Assembly (NCBI GenBank): GCA_046563655.1
Contig: CM102285.1
Coordinates: 7,192,001-7,256,000, forward strand
Origin: Yuukianura sp. NJ FZ-2021
Lineage: Eukaryota
DNA: 64,000 bases
Reading direction: 5' to 3'
Numbering within the stretch: the stretch's first letter is position 1; each line of letters opens with the position of its first letter. Shown piece after piece: positions 48,945 to 62,900 of the stretch. The notes under the pieces are model-generated. The model searched no databases. It was not told the origin of the DNA and was given only the letters and a program-made list of their open reading frames with translations. The position numbers were made by a program, and so were the translations under genes.

Positions 48945-51900
48945 TATAATTTGTCAAACGTATTATAAATATTGTATTATATATTATAAATAGTTTGCAT
49001 ATTATATTACATTTCAGACATTATAAATATCATTATTACTTATATTTTGACAGTGTATATAATTTATAATATTTTATAATATGATAAATTGTAAGTAATA
49101 TATATCAAATAATCAACGCCGGAATTAAGTTAAAGTTTCAAGATGAAGGTTATGAACAAAGAACAAAACAGGGAACGTGTGAGAATCCTCCGGACAGAGC
49201 TGCACTAAATTTTGGGTTTGCGCAGACGCTCCGCGTGCGCTGTACAAAACATCGCCAGAAATCCGAAAATTTCCAAATCCACGGGGAATCATCCAATCCG
49301 CGGAGATAAACGAACACGGCCTGTTAGGCTAACCCGCTGGATTTTTATTCGAACGGTATTTGGACCTTATTCTTTGTTATCTGGTGTCCAACCTCCTCAA
49401 AAGTAACGTTATTAATGTTGTCCACTGCACCATGGTTCCAAGCTTGTGTAAAACGAAATTTTGTTAATTATTTCTCAACAGGTTATACAATTCCTCCTAT
49501 TACTATTCCTATTAAAAATTGTTTGCTTTGCATTTATGCTCCGATTTTTTGACTTCAGGCGTTGTAAAGTAGTAAACATTGGTAGCCCGAATATTAGTTT
49601 TTTTAAGGGGTGCAACATGTCCACGGCATTTGAATAAATGAAGAGACACCAAAAGTAGGAAGGAGCTTTCTCAGTCGCAGTTTGAATGACTTGGACAAAA
49701 ATGAAAAACTCAACTGGAAACGCAGAGAAGGCTAAGAAAAAGCGCGCTCCTACAAAATTATTGAATCAGTACAAGCAGTTCCGCGTTCCGCTTTCACTGT
49801 AACGTAGACCTAGTTTTCTTCGTCCTCGCATCAGAATTTGAGGAGCCCTTGAGTTTACAGACCCCGCCATATTATAAAAGTTTGAATTTGCATTTGGAAT
49901 AAAAAATGAATTTGAGTAACAGTGGAACTGAATTCAAGTCAAGTTCTACTTTCTTTTCCTTTTTCTTGAGAACTAGAGAGAGAGACAGAACATGCATTTC
50001 AAATGACCAAGAGATCTCAAGGGACGGTGGAAGCTTTTGTAAAGGCCCGCATACTCCACAATGTCTCTTGAAATTTAACTCAACCGAAGAAAGGAATCGC
50101 TTCAAGCTAAAATGAAAGTTGTCGAACCTTAAGGCTACTGAGAAAGTTCGACGTTCAGTGTCTGCGGCAATTAGGATTTTTGTTCCAACCCCATGATGAG
50201 ATTCCCACATGGCGGCAAAGATAGGAATAGCACACTGAGGCTTTAACTCCAAATGATCACCGTTTCAAGTTACATAAAAGGTAAAAACTTTGGAGCATAA
50301 GGTACTGTACTTTTTTGTTTTCTTTTTATTTTTTGTTTTTGTTTTGGAATCCATCCTCTATTGTACAGAATAATTTGATAATGATGCAGGAGGCAGGAGA
50401 AAGCACTTAGATCTGGTTTCTCGCAATATCTCGCTGCAGCTATGCTAAAGCTGTTAGTTATGCTTTCTTCGCTGCTGCTCAATCGCCAGAAGCGTAACTC
50501 AAATTATGTAAAATCCAGAGGAAGTAAGTGGTCCCTCCTCAAAACCAAGAAGTTCTGTTTCTCCTTTCTTCTTAATTTCCCTAGGAGCAGCAGCTTCCCA
50601 GCATTTGAGTCTTAACTTTCGCCAGAGTGAGCAATTATTCATAACGGAAGAAACATTCTGATTCCGGTTCCCATTTGCATTTAGGTGCTTGTGTCCCCTC
50701 GGACCTTGCGGGCACAGCAAAAGATCAGCAATAATCCTGGTAGGTACAATAAGCACCGAATTCCCGCAGGCTAAAGTCTGCCTGCATACATTTCCCTCAG
50801 AAACAGACACCCAAATTTTCAAACCATGGAGTGACAAAAACGTTGTGATTAAGTTTTAGAACTCAATTTTACGTGTGAAATAATGTATACCTTTAAATAA
50901 GTTTGACATAACTATACTCTATACTGTAGTCAATGCAATTCTCATGGGTGACACGTTAGTGTGTCCGCTAAGGCCGAAATGTTAAAGAACAGCTTTGATA
51001 ATTCAACTTACCCTTTGTAACGTTTCTAGAGCAACAATAAACTGGAAGTTCTTCGGGAAAAATTGGCAATAACATCAATAATGTCTGCGAATTGCAGATT
51101 ACTGTACGAGGACCCGAAGATAAGTCGTATCGTTAGGTCTAACAGCAAGTAGACATTGTGTGGGGAAGGAAGACGTCGTGTGACTAGGCCAGTCACACGG
51201 AGGAAGCAAAGTCTGGTTGTGTAACCATGGTGCAGTGGTCAACACTGCCAACCTTACTTTTGCTTCCTCACAATTGACTGATCGCATTTGATCTTGAGAG
51301 AGGCAATTCGACTTGTGTATTGTACAGCGGCATCCTCCAGAACTTTCGTTGCCTGTCTCCTAGAATGTACCTTCTAGTTCGTAATTCGAGAAGAAGGTAA
51401 GAGGTCACCCTTCCCCGGTGAACAGGTCATAATAGCCAAGAAATCAGACGAAGTGGTCACAGTGACTGCTTTACGATTATGAGAACGGAGCAACATAGGG
51501 AGCGGACTACAGCATAAATGCATGGGGAAAGCGGGGAAGAGAAAGTGAGTCAATTGCCTCCATTGACTTGGAATTTATTCTCAGAATCAATTGAGTGTAA
51601 GGGGAAAATATCCCTTACAGTCTCTTCGCACTGCCAAAAAGATGTCTGGAAAAGGAGAGAAATTCTTCCTCCGAAAGGTTTAGGTTGCGTAATGTCCTAA
51701 ACTATCACTTTCACTAAAAAACGTACAAAAGTTCGAGGAAAGACAATCAAAAGATTTGAACGTTCAATAACCATTCTTCTGTATGTCGTTTTTGAAATTC
51801 AAAAATTCATGCTTGGCTCCAGAGATTTTTAAATCTAAAGACACATATGTGTTGTATTTTGTTTTCGTCAATTTGCATAAATTGCCAGAAATTCGGAAAT

Positions 51901-52909
51901 GAATAAAATATATCCAAAAAGATGAGCGCCTAAAGCAACTGTTTTTGGAAAAATAGTTAAAAATTTTTTTTCATAAATAAAAGCGGGAAAAAAGATGTGG
52001 TGTATATTTAAATTATTTTGAACCTTATGCAAAAAAGGAGAGAAAAATGTTATGATAGGCCTGGGACTAATTCGAACATCCTGCCGAAGTGTTATTTCTC
52101 AACTGGTGAGAGGATATGAAAAGAAATCAGAGGGAACCCGAGAGAGGACTTTCTACACAAAAGTGAAAGTGATGGCAAAGAGCATGAATAATGATGAGGA
52201 AAGCGAGAGCCTTCTTCATATGCTTTCTGCTCATTCGTAGCCTCTTCTGGTAAAAGCTTTTTAGGTTTTTATGGACTTGGCATTTAACCACAAATGCCAA
52301 AATCCCTCATTTGAAAAACTTGCAAAGACCTTAATCAGAAGCAGCAGTTTACCGAGTTGAAAAACGAACGTAGCAGCGAAACCCCCCAGAGAGTAACAGC
52401 TTTGAAGTAGCATATTCAAATAAGCTATTTGAATGTTCAAATAGCTTAACAGTAAACGCCGCTAAAACCCTGCCGAAAGTCAATCTCCGGACAGCTTTCA
52501 ATCATATTCCAAATTAACCTAACCCACTACCCCGTGCTTTGACCTTTTGACAGAATCAGAAGCACGCCATATAATCTTTTCTAGTTTACCACATTTACAT
52601 TTCGTTCAACTTCTATCGTATTCTTCCGTTGCAATTTGGAATTAGTTTAAGTAATTAAATACTAACGCTGTTTAGTAAGAAATGCCTGGGGTTGAACTAC
52701 TTCGTCTGTTTTGCTATAACCATTTTCCACAAGCATGACCGAATTTCCAAATGAGTCCATTCTAGGCTTCTGTAGGGGAATTGAATAGAAAATTAGATTG
52801 AGATAGGTTTGAGATATTTGAGAAAATTAGATTGAGGTTTAGAATTTAGAATTCAAGCCGAAACCAATGCAATCCAAAAAATTTTTATCTCGAACATATC
52901 CGATACCAA

Positions 52910-53869
52910 CATAGAGTAACCATGACGATTCGATTTTTTAGAGTGGACATAAGGCATTTTTTCAACAAAATTTTTGAAACAAATTAAAAGAGGTTAAAAG
53001 AGGTAAAAAACCGCTTTCATCCGAAGTTTAAGCAAGGTCCACACAAGAAATGAAATTAAGATTTTCAGTCTTCAAAATTTCCAAAATTATGAATAAAATT
53101 GCGAAAAGCAGGGGTTTTGAGACAAAATATCCGCCCATATCTGTCACGATACAACTGGTGATTAGTAGTATGCCCAGAAGAGGTGTCAGCAACCCAACAC
53201 TTCGTCCTCCTGCTAAAATTGCTTTCGAAAAAGTTAAATTAAAGTTTTCCTAGCTTACTTTGCTTCACTTGGTCATTAGACAATACTGTAAGATTAGGTT
53301 TCATTACATAGCCAAACAGGAAACCATTAAGCTAAACCCAAGTACTACAGTAATGGCCTTATCTTAGAAACTCCTCTGATTGGCTCTTCTCATTTCTCTC
53401 CTCCCACGGTTACCGTAAAACTTCTAGTAATGTGCAAAACTCTTACATTGAGTTGAGTTTTGACAATTTCTCTTCTCGCCTTCCCTCCATAAGTTGGAAG
53501 CTGGCGGTATAAGAGGAGGGAGAAAGAGGGATAGCGTGGTTTCTAACATAGGGCCATTTACGTATTCGTAACACGTAACAAAACTATAATTTTCAGAGGT
53601 CAGTAATGCTAGATCCAGAGTATTTCCGATTCGCGAATTTAAACTCTCCTGTGAAATAAATTCTCCATTAATTCTAAAAGTTTTAAGTAGTTTATGGTAA
53701 TGGTAAAATGGTACCTGCAATTCATCGTTTGTGTGAACCTAGCTTAAACTTGAGATGAAAACGTTTTTTTTTTCGCTTTAGAAATGTTTCAAAAATTTTG
53801 TTGAAAAAATGCCTTATGTCCACTCTAGTTAAAAGAAAAAAAAAATCGAATCGTCATGGTTACTCTATG
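52910..53869. mobile_element. Non-autonomous P-element-like TIR transposon
   Basis: TIR CATAGAGTAACCATGACGATTCGATTTTTT… (~70 bp, with an insertion on the right); perfect 8-bp TSD GATACCAA at 52902 and 53870. Confidence 0.88.
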
Positions 53870-55462
53870 GATACCAATCAGAGACCGAGACGAGACCAAA
53901 CCGAAGAGGTGAAAACTATAGGTCTATTGGTTGAGTGATTTATTTATCATACCTGCAAGCCTTGTCATCCTGCAACCAGGTAGTTACACCATGGCTTATT
54001 AAGTTAAGTGTTATGTAAATCAAAATTAATTTCTAACAGAGTGAACTATTGTAAATAAAAAGAAAAACTATTGAGGGAAATATTGTACTTGCCTCGAATA
54101 GACTGAATTGAGCATTGAGCTACCGTAAAGCTTGTAATAAATGCCATGGTGTTCATTTAAATTCTCAACTTTTAACCCCAGCGTTTGGTAGAGACCGGCG
54201 TTTATTAGAAGCTTTACAATATTATACTATAATATATTATAAACTAAGGGTTGAACCAAAGTTCACAGTTATTAAAGATTAAGGGAAGGAATAAAACTAT
54301 CGTTCGATTTTCCATTTTGCGCGGAAGCAAATTTATAATGTTAAAGGAATTCAATTCACTTGTCGCTAACATTATAGCACTTCTTGCTAACCATAGTGCA
54401 GGTTTCTGTACGTTTGGTTTTGAATTACAACCAAAATCAGTAGTACTAATGGAGAATCGATTCTGGCCTTAAAAGTATGGATTTTGTTTCCTGAAATATA
54501 CCAAATTTTGACATAGACTATCGTATTTACCCTATTTCAGGGCGTATAACTCGTGGGATATCTGGTATATTCTGGCCCAGCATGAGGGCCAAAAAAATTT
54601 CTTCCACATTTGTTGTTTTATTCTATCGGTCTAATACTGTAAAACTAGCCAAACGCTCTTCATCCTCCTAGAATTCAGTGTGATTCGCCAGAGCCCCGAT
54701 AATCCCCAAATCTCCGGGAACTATGGGTTAACCCCAATTCCCCGAGGGAATCTTCAACTCCCTGGGGAAACGCCAACACTACTTAAATTGTGACCAGGAC
54801 GATTGAGCGGGTCTGGAGCGGAGCCACAACAAGCTTTGTTGCGCAAAGCTTGTCTTATATATATAACACATTTTATTCTTGGGTGCGAGTATACGCGAGT
54901 GTGGGCTACGCCGTGAAATAGGGTACTTTTAGGTGCGAATAGTATTTCTTACACACCAAACAATGATAGCTGCACGTTAGGATACGCTGCGTTATGCTGT
55001 GTTTAAAGCCTTTTGAAATAACTACGGCAATTTCGAAAACGGTATTTTTCCATCGACCACTTTTCAACTTGACCGCGTTGGCACCCATCCGTTTACGTCA
55101 CGGTGTAACGCTTATGGTTTGGCCGGAGTGACATACAGTCGAAATCGTGACGTGCTTTTTTTATAACATCATTGCAAAGTTTTAGAACTGTACGATGTTG
55201 GGCTGAGTGAGTATTTAATATATTTTCTCAAATTATTTCACAAAAGTTTATTTCATTGTACTGGTATATAAGTATAAATATACCACCAGTATGTCAAATT
55301 CAGTATCTCAAATTCATTCATGAAATAACTCTACCTCCGAATCTCTTAAGTTAGTAATATCGACCTCCCGCGTGGTGGTTCAATAATGTTTCCAGGTCGT
55401 CCGACCAAATATGCATTCAGTGGTAGGGTCCAAATCTGTTTACCTCCAGCCCCCTGCAATCA

Positions 55463-56574
55463 TATGGAGGGAGTTGGGTGACAAAATTATTTTTAAGTTT
55501 CGCGCGTTAAAACATGTTCCGCCAATTAAAAACTAACGTTTTCGCGTATTACTTTAATGCGCGAAAACTTTTTTTAATTGCAGTAATTTTAAATTGCAGA
55601 AAAATTTTAACGCGCGAAAAAGTTTAAGCGTACGTTAACGGAACGTACGCTTAGGAAACGTACGCTTAGGGAACGTACGCTTAGAAAACTTACGCTTTAG
55701 AATGCATGTCCAATAGAAATAACATTGCCAGAACTGATCAGAATTAGTATTCTGTAAATTATTATTTATTGTCTATTATTATTTATTATTTATTATCTAT
55801 TGTAAACTATAAAACACTTCTTTTCTCATATGCTTTGTAAGGTTTTCAAAAATGTGTAGCCTCATCCAGTGTTGCTGGATATCCACTTTTTCGACATTTC
55901 GTCCACGGCTGGATATCCACAGGAAGAAATGGACGAATCCAAAGGGGTGGAGCTTTGCCCGCGTGGTTTGAAATACTTAAATCCAAAAAACTTAAGAAAT
56001 TCAAAATACCGTACAAAAACAAAGGAAATGTCGTTTTTGAGTTTTAAATAAATACTTAATTTTAGCAATAAAAGAAACTCCTTTTGATCTTTTTTGTCCA
56101 GCCGTGGACGAAATGTCAAAAAAGTGGATATCCAGCAACACTGGATGAGGCTACACATTTTTGAAAACCTTACAAAGCATATGAGAAAAGAAGTGTTTTA
56201 TAGTTTACAATAGATAATAAATAATAAATAATAATAGACAATAAATAATAATTTACAGAATACTAATTCTGATCAGTTCTGGCAATGTTATTTCTATTGG
56301 ACATGCATTCTAAAGCGTAAGTTTTCTAAGCGTACGTTCCCTAAGCGTACGTTTCCTAAGCGTACGTTCCTAAGCGTACGTTCCTAAGCGTACGTTCCGT
56401 TAACGTACGCTTAGACTTTTTCGCGCGTTAAAATTTTTCTGCAATTTAAAATTACTGCAATTAAAAAAGTTTTCGCGCATTAAAGTAATACGCGAAAACG
56501 TTAGTTTTTAATTGGCGGAACATGTTTTAACGCGCGAAACTTAAAAATAATTTTGTCACCCAACTCCCTCCATA
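55463..56574. mobile_element. Fold-back/palindromic element 3 (1.1 kb)
   Basis: 55463-55913 is the reverse complement of 56097-56574. Termini TATGGAGG…CCTCCATA; CAATCA on both flanks. Arms differ mainly in copy number of the ~14-bp AACGTACGCTTAGG unit. Confidence 0.93.
55867..56143. mobile_element. hAT-like MITE at the centre of palindrome 3
   Basis: CAGTGTTGCTGGATATCCAC…GTGGATATCCAGCAACACTG; a related copy lies at 2614-2795. Confidence 0.7.
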
Positions 56575-56613
56575 CAATCAGCACCATTAGCAACGAACGC
56601 AATTTTTTGTTTG

Positions 56614-56754
56614 TGACGTCACCAGCTGAAAAAATACCGTAATCGTGATATTTTAACCCGCTGGCATCTATGTAAACAAAATGCGGTTTGCGGGTTTCTA
56701 TAGGACACCATCATTAATACGCGGAATTCCGGTATTTTTCAGCAGGTGACGTCA
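56614..56754. repeat. Small inverted repeat (MITE remnant)
   Basis: TGACGTCACCAGCTGAAAAAATACCG / CGGTATTTTTCAGCAGGTGACGTCA. Confidence 0.6.
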
Positions 56755-57019
56755 TTTTTTTTTCCACATGGCAATCAAACAAACTTTCTATCCGCACTAC
56801 CTAGTAGTATTCTATTTACATTGGTCCGGAGGTAGGGCGTTGTGATACAAACCATTCCAGAATATGATACTCCAGGTCAGTGAATACCAAAATATTATGT
56901 CCTACTTGACGTTAGGCAAAAGCGTTTGGAAAAACGAGCATGTTTTACATCCTTAATGGGGCTTCACGCAAGAACAGGTCATTTTTCCGAAATGTGCGGG
57001 AAAATTACTTTAGTGAGAT

Positions 57020-59860
57020 ATGAGACGTCCCCGCGAAACTTCAAGTTTACACTTAAGTTTCGAATTTTCGAGGCCTTATTAGACGTCAATGGGGAAGTTA
57101 GTACCTAAGTTAGTAAGTTAGTAACATGATGGAACGTTGTAGAATTTTAAACTTTAAAGCTAAAGTTTAACCAAAATGTGTCGAGAAAATGTAAGCACTA
57201 AAACATGGCTCCGCTTAGCAACGGCTAATGAGAAGTTCAAAGTTCCGGAGATTCGACTGTATTTAAAGCTGATTTGTTCCGAACAATGCACAGTGCTGTA
57301 ATTCGACTTGAAGTTCGCTTCAGTGAGAAGATGAGCTGTTGTAAATAATGTTGTAAAAGCATTAGAATGAGAGCAAGAGATCCCCTCCAAGAATCAAATT
57401 CACACTCAAGCATCGAAATTTTTACGCCTTATTAGACGTCAATGGGGAAGTTAGTAACTTGATCGAACGTTGTAGAATTTTAAACTTAAAGCTAAAGTTT
57501 AACCGAAATGTGTCGAAAAAAAATGAGCACTAAAGTCACTAAATGAGCACTAAACTCAGGGTCCGCTTAGCAACGGGTAATGAAAAGTTCAAATTTCCGC
57601 GGATTCGACAGAATTTAAAGCAGATTTGTTCCCAACTAGGCGCAGTGCTGTATTTCGGCTGAAAGTTAAATTCAGTGAGAAGATGAGTTGTTGTACATAA
57701 TGTTGTTAAAGGAGTAGAATGAGAAGAAAAGGTCCCCGCCAAAGGTCAAATTCACACTCAAGTTTCGAAATTTTGAGGACTTATTAGACGTCAATGGGGA
57801 AGTGAATAGCTTTATGGAACGTAGTATAATTTCAAACTTAAAGCAAAAGTTTAATGTATTACTGCTAAAACTTGGCTTCAGCGACAACACGAACTCTTGT
57901 ACATACTAATTATATAATGGTGTAAGTGATTAAACGAGAATTAGACCTCCCGTCCAAAGTTCTAATTTAATGCGAAACTTTGAGGGCTTACTAGACATCA
58001 ACGGGAAAATGAATAAGCGTATGGAGCGTTGTAGGATTTTAACCTTAAAGCTAAAGTTTAACGAAAATGCGTCGGAGAACAAAACATCGTCAAGCTTACC
58101 AACAGCTAACACAAATGTCGAAACTTCCACTTGTTCCGCCCAGTTTAAACCCGATTTACTCTGAAGAGTGATCGTAATGTATTCCTGCTGAAACTTGGTT
58201 TCAGTGACAACATGAACTCTTGTAGATAATAATGTAAATATTAGAACCTAAGTAAGACGTCCCCGCGCAACTGAAAGTTTGCACTCAAGGGCCGGAATTT
58301 GGAGGCCTTATTAGACTTCTACGGGGAAGTTCATCCCTCTCTGTCACGTTGTAGAATGTTCAACTTGAAGCTAAAGTTTAACGAAAGTGTGTCGAAAATG
58401 CATGATCAAAACAACGTTCCTGTAAACATCATATACTGCACAGGTTCAAGATTTCACTGAAATCATTTTGTTTAGCGGCAAAACAATCCTGAACTAAGCT
58501 CAGCGATGTATTTAGGCTGGAAATTGGCTTCAGTTAGAAAATGAACTCTTGTACATAATTACATAATGATGTAAGAGTTTAAACGAGAACTAAACCTCCT
58601 TTCCAAAGTTCTAATTTAGTGCCAAAATTTTGAGGGTTTACTAGACATCAATGGGAAAATGAATATGTGTATGGAACGTTGCAGGATTTTAAACTTAAAG
58701 CTAAAGTTTAACGAAAATGCGTCGGAGAACAAAACATCGTCAAGCTTACCAACAGCTAACAGAAATGTCGAAACTTCCACTTGCTCCGCCCAGTTTAAAC
58801 CCGATTTACTCTGAAGAGTGATCGTAATGTATTCGTAAACTTGGTTTCTGTGACAACATGAGCTCTTGTACATAATTACATAATGATGCAAGATTTTAAA
58901 CGAGAACTAGATCTCCCCGGCGAAGCTCTAAATTAGTGTCAAAATTTTGAGGGCTTACTAGACATCAATGAAGAAGTGAATAGCTTTGTGAAACGTTGTA
59001 GAATTTTAAATTTAAAGCAAAAGTTTGTCAAAAAGCTGTCGAAAAAGTTTGAGTATTATAATATCGTATAGCTTAGCAACAGGTAAATGTTAATAGCTAA
59101 AGTCTCACGTATCGAACCGTGTTTTAAGCCGATTTGTCCCGAACAATGGTCGGTAATGTAATTAGGCTAAAAATTTGTAATTAGGCTAAAAATTTGTTTC
59201 AGTGCAAACAGAAACTCTGCTACATAATGATGTAAGTTGTTATCCTTGAACTAGACCCCCTTGCCGAAGTTCTAATTTATTGCCAAAATTTGGAGGGCTT
59301 ACTTGACACCAACGGGAGGTCCATAGCTTTATAGAAAGTTGTAGAGTTTTAAACTTAAAGCTAAAGGTGAACACAAGGACACGCCTGAGTAATAAAACAT
59401 CGCAACGCTGCTAAACAACATCTAACTGAAGTATGTAAAGTTCCACGTATTCAACCGCATTTAAAGCCGATATGTTCTGAACAATCGTCGGTAATGTGTT
59501 TCGGCTGAACCTTGGCTTCAGTGACAACATGAACTCTTGTACTAATTATATAAACGTGTAAGTGATTAAACGAAAATTAGACCTCCCGTTCAAAATTCTA
59601 ATTTAGTGCCAAAATTTTGAGGGGTTACTAGACATCAATGGGAAAATGAATGTGTATGGAACGCTGCAGGATTTTAAACTTAAAGCTAACGAAAATTTAA
59701 CGAAAATGCGTCGGAGAACAAAACATCGTCAAGCTTCGAAAGTTCCACTTGTCACCCAGTGTTTGAAGCGGATTTACTCTGGAGAGTGATCGTAATGTAT
59801 TAATGCTGAAACATGGCTTCAGTGACAACATGAACTCTTGTACATAATTACATAATGATG
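57020..59860. repeat. Diverged satellite array, ~9 units mostly of ~320-355 bp
   Basis: Recurring blocks ttattagacgtcaatggggaag, tttaaacttaaagctaaagtttaac and tcagtgacaacatgaactcttgtacataat; anchors at ~57076, 57429, 57781, 57988, 58308, 58638, 58955, 59299 and 59625. Confidence 0.88.
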
Positions 59861-59937
59861 TCTTGTTTCTTGTAAGTTTTTTGAAACAAGGATTTGAAAA
59901 AAAAACGGAAATTAAAATTTTGAAATAATTTTTTCAG

Positions 59938-62900
59938 TTAGCCATAAGTTTGGATACGGATTGATGGATGCTGGAGCAATGGTGGACTTGGCATCAACAT
60001 GGAGTGCAGTACCACCACAACATATTTGTAAATCACGAGAAATTCGTGAGGATCGTGAAATTCCTGGAGCACATTTGGGAAAAGTCAAAGTTTTCATGGA
60101 TGTTGACGGTTGCGCTGGAAGTAATTCCGAAATCCGGTTCCTGGAACACGTTCAATGCAAAATCTCACTTCCATTTTTGCCGCGTGGGAACCTTCGTATC
60201 CAACTAACGTCACCGATGGGCACAACTTCTGTTTTACTTTTTGAGAGACCAAGAGATGTCTCCAGTTCGAACTTTGATGACTGGCCGTTTCTCTCCGTCC
60301 ACTTTTGGGGAGAGCAGGCTCATGGACGCTGGACTCTGGAGATTATCAATTCTGGATCCAGAAGAATCAACCAATCAGGAATACTTAAGAAATGGCAACT
60401 CATTTTGTATGGGACAGACGTCAATCCAGTAAGAGTTCGTACTCGGTCTCTTCAAAATCCACAGTTTCCGCCGCCTCCTTTGCCGTCTAACTTGCCGCCC
60501 TACCCACCTCGTCGGCCGAACGTTCAACCCCTGGTCCAACCTCAGCAACAACAACAACAACAATTCCGCCATCCACAACCAGTCGTAACCAGACAATACA
60601 TTCCACAGGAATTCTTGTATCCAGGAGCCTCTGAGCAAATGACACTGATTTGTCCATTTGTGTCAACTCTTGTCCAGAAGGTTACTATGGTAACAGCACA
60701 GACCAAAAGGAATGCCGAACTTGTCCATCAAAATGTAAAGCTTGTCAGAACAGTACAACTTGTACTGCTTGTGAACATAACTTTGTCCTGCTGGAGAGAG
60801 GTTGCGTTCCAAATTGTCCAGAAGGATATTTTGAATCAGATGGGTCATGCGCAGTTTGCCAATCGCTGAGTTGTGCTGCTTGTACTGAAAAAACTTGTGT
60901 AGCCTGTAAAAGTCAAATGGTTTTGCATAATGGAGAATGTTTGCCGCATTGTCCAGGAGGATTCAGACCAACGGCGACGAGAGAGTGTGCGCAGTGTCCG
61001 TCAGGATGCCAGTCATGTGATGAAAATAGGTGCCTCAAATGCTTTGATGGGTTTGCTTTTGGAGAGGATGGAGTCTGTATAGATGAAAACCCGGTAAGTG
61101 TAAGCTGTAAGTTCAAAAATTCCAAAAAAGGGTTTGGATTTTGAAACTGTCATTTTGGTTTTTAGGTGTGTCCAACTGGTCTGTACTTGGACAACGCCAC
61201 GAATCAATGTATGGGTTGTGGTGACGCTGGATGTATTCAATGTGACGGAGCCAATCGCTGCTTGGAGTGTGCAGAAGGTCTGTTTCTAGAAAACGGAGTC
61301 TGCGTCGAGCGGTGTTCAGATGGATTCTACTCTGGGTACAACGGAAAACATTGTTTTAATTGCCCTAGCTTGTGCACCAGTTGCATCTCTGCAGAACAAT
61401 GTACAGAATGTGGTTCTGATGCATTGCTCCAAAGTGCATCATGTCTTCCTCATTGTTTAGCAGGGTAAGGAAGCTACAATTTCTTCAAAATTTTGAAACA
61501 ATTTTCAAAACGAATTTGTTGAAATCACTTTCCTTGAAATTCTAGATTTTACAATGAAAAGGGAGTTTGTCGCCCATGTTCTTCCGGATGCCAGACTTGT
61601 GTAGCTTTTGGAGACACGGAGTGTATCACTTGTAACCAAGGTTACGAGTACACCAGAGGCGGTGGGTGTAGCCCCATAGGAGCAAGTTTTGGTGCTGTTC
61701 AAGACACCTTCCAGGCCCGAGTTGGAGCGAGTCAAGAGCTGAACTTCTGTGGTGCTGGATATTGGTTGAACAGCATTACAAATGAATGTCTACCGTGTCA
61801 TCGAAGTTGTTCCAATTGCACAGGTATGTAGTAATGCAGTTTTCGAATTTTTAAAAAAAATTTCAAACCATAATGCTTTTTTCTTTATAAAGGAGGAAAT
61901 TCATATGACTGTAAAACATGTGTACGGCCCTTGCGATATGATCGCTCAAGCAGTAGTTGCGTTCAGTGTTGTCAACATGCTAACGAAGATGAAGACTGCT
62001 GTCACTGTGATGACTTGGACAGACCTTATCCTAGTGAAGAGACACCTCTTACAAGAGGATTCGATGGTATTTGTCAATAGTTTTCAAAAATTGCTTACTT
62101 TGAAATTGATTTTTTTTTTCGAATTTTGGCTCTAGGTGAATGTCATTCTGTGAAACGAAGAGTTTCTGGAGCGGACGTGCGGGAATCCAGTTCAATGGAA
62201 TCCAATTCGGCTTTTCTTGGGTTATTAATAGCGAAAGCTATTAATAATCTGATTTGCTAAAGAATAAAAAATAAAAGTTTACTTTTTCAAATCTGATTCA
62301 TGTCTGCCTGTCTGTCTGTCTGTCCGTCTGTCCGTCTGTCCAGCTCAATTATCTCAGAAACTACTGGACGGATTTGATTCCGGTTTTCTCCTATCAACAC
62401 CTCATGACCCCAACCTGGTCACTATTGAATATTATCCTGGTAGGTCAACTCCTTCCGGGTGCAAGGTCAAGGTCAACCGGTTCCATCCCCGGTAACCCGG
62501 AAAACGACCTCTACAAAAGTTGTTCATCTCGTCGAGACTAACAACTTTTGTTTATATCAAATGACCCCAAGTGACCTACTTCCGGGTCAAAGCTCAACTT
62601 TTTTTCAAATTAACTTCCTCCTAGCTGGGAAGCGGGGAGGAGCCCACCCCACAGCGCCGGGTGACCCACCCTCGCACCCACGGGTGACCCACACACACCC
62701 CCGGGGAAACCTTCCCCATACCCCGGGGGAACCCACGCCCTTCCCCCGGGGAACCCACGCCCTTCCCCCGGGGAACCAACTAACCCTCCCGGGGAACACA
62801 CCCTCTCTTGTCCAGGGAACCCACCCCACTCGCCCTTGGGGGAGTAGAAGTTTAGTTACCTTCAACAAATACCGCCTTATCGCTTGAGCTATTTCTTATG

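Noticed and set aside
49872..51300. Several 60-126 aa ORFs as missing furin exons or a transposase
   Set aside because: No subtilisin or DDE motifs visible.
62459..62887. Pro/Gly-rich ORFs as furin exons
   Set aside because: They lie within the GC-rich tandem repeats of the inserted element.
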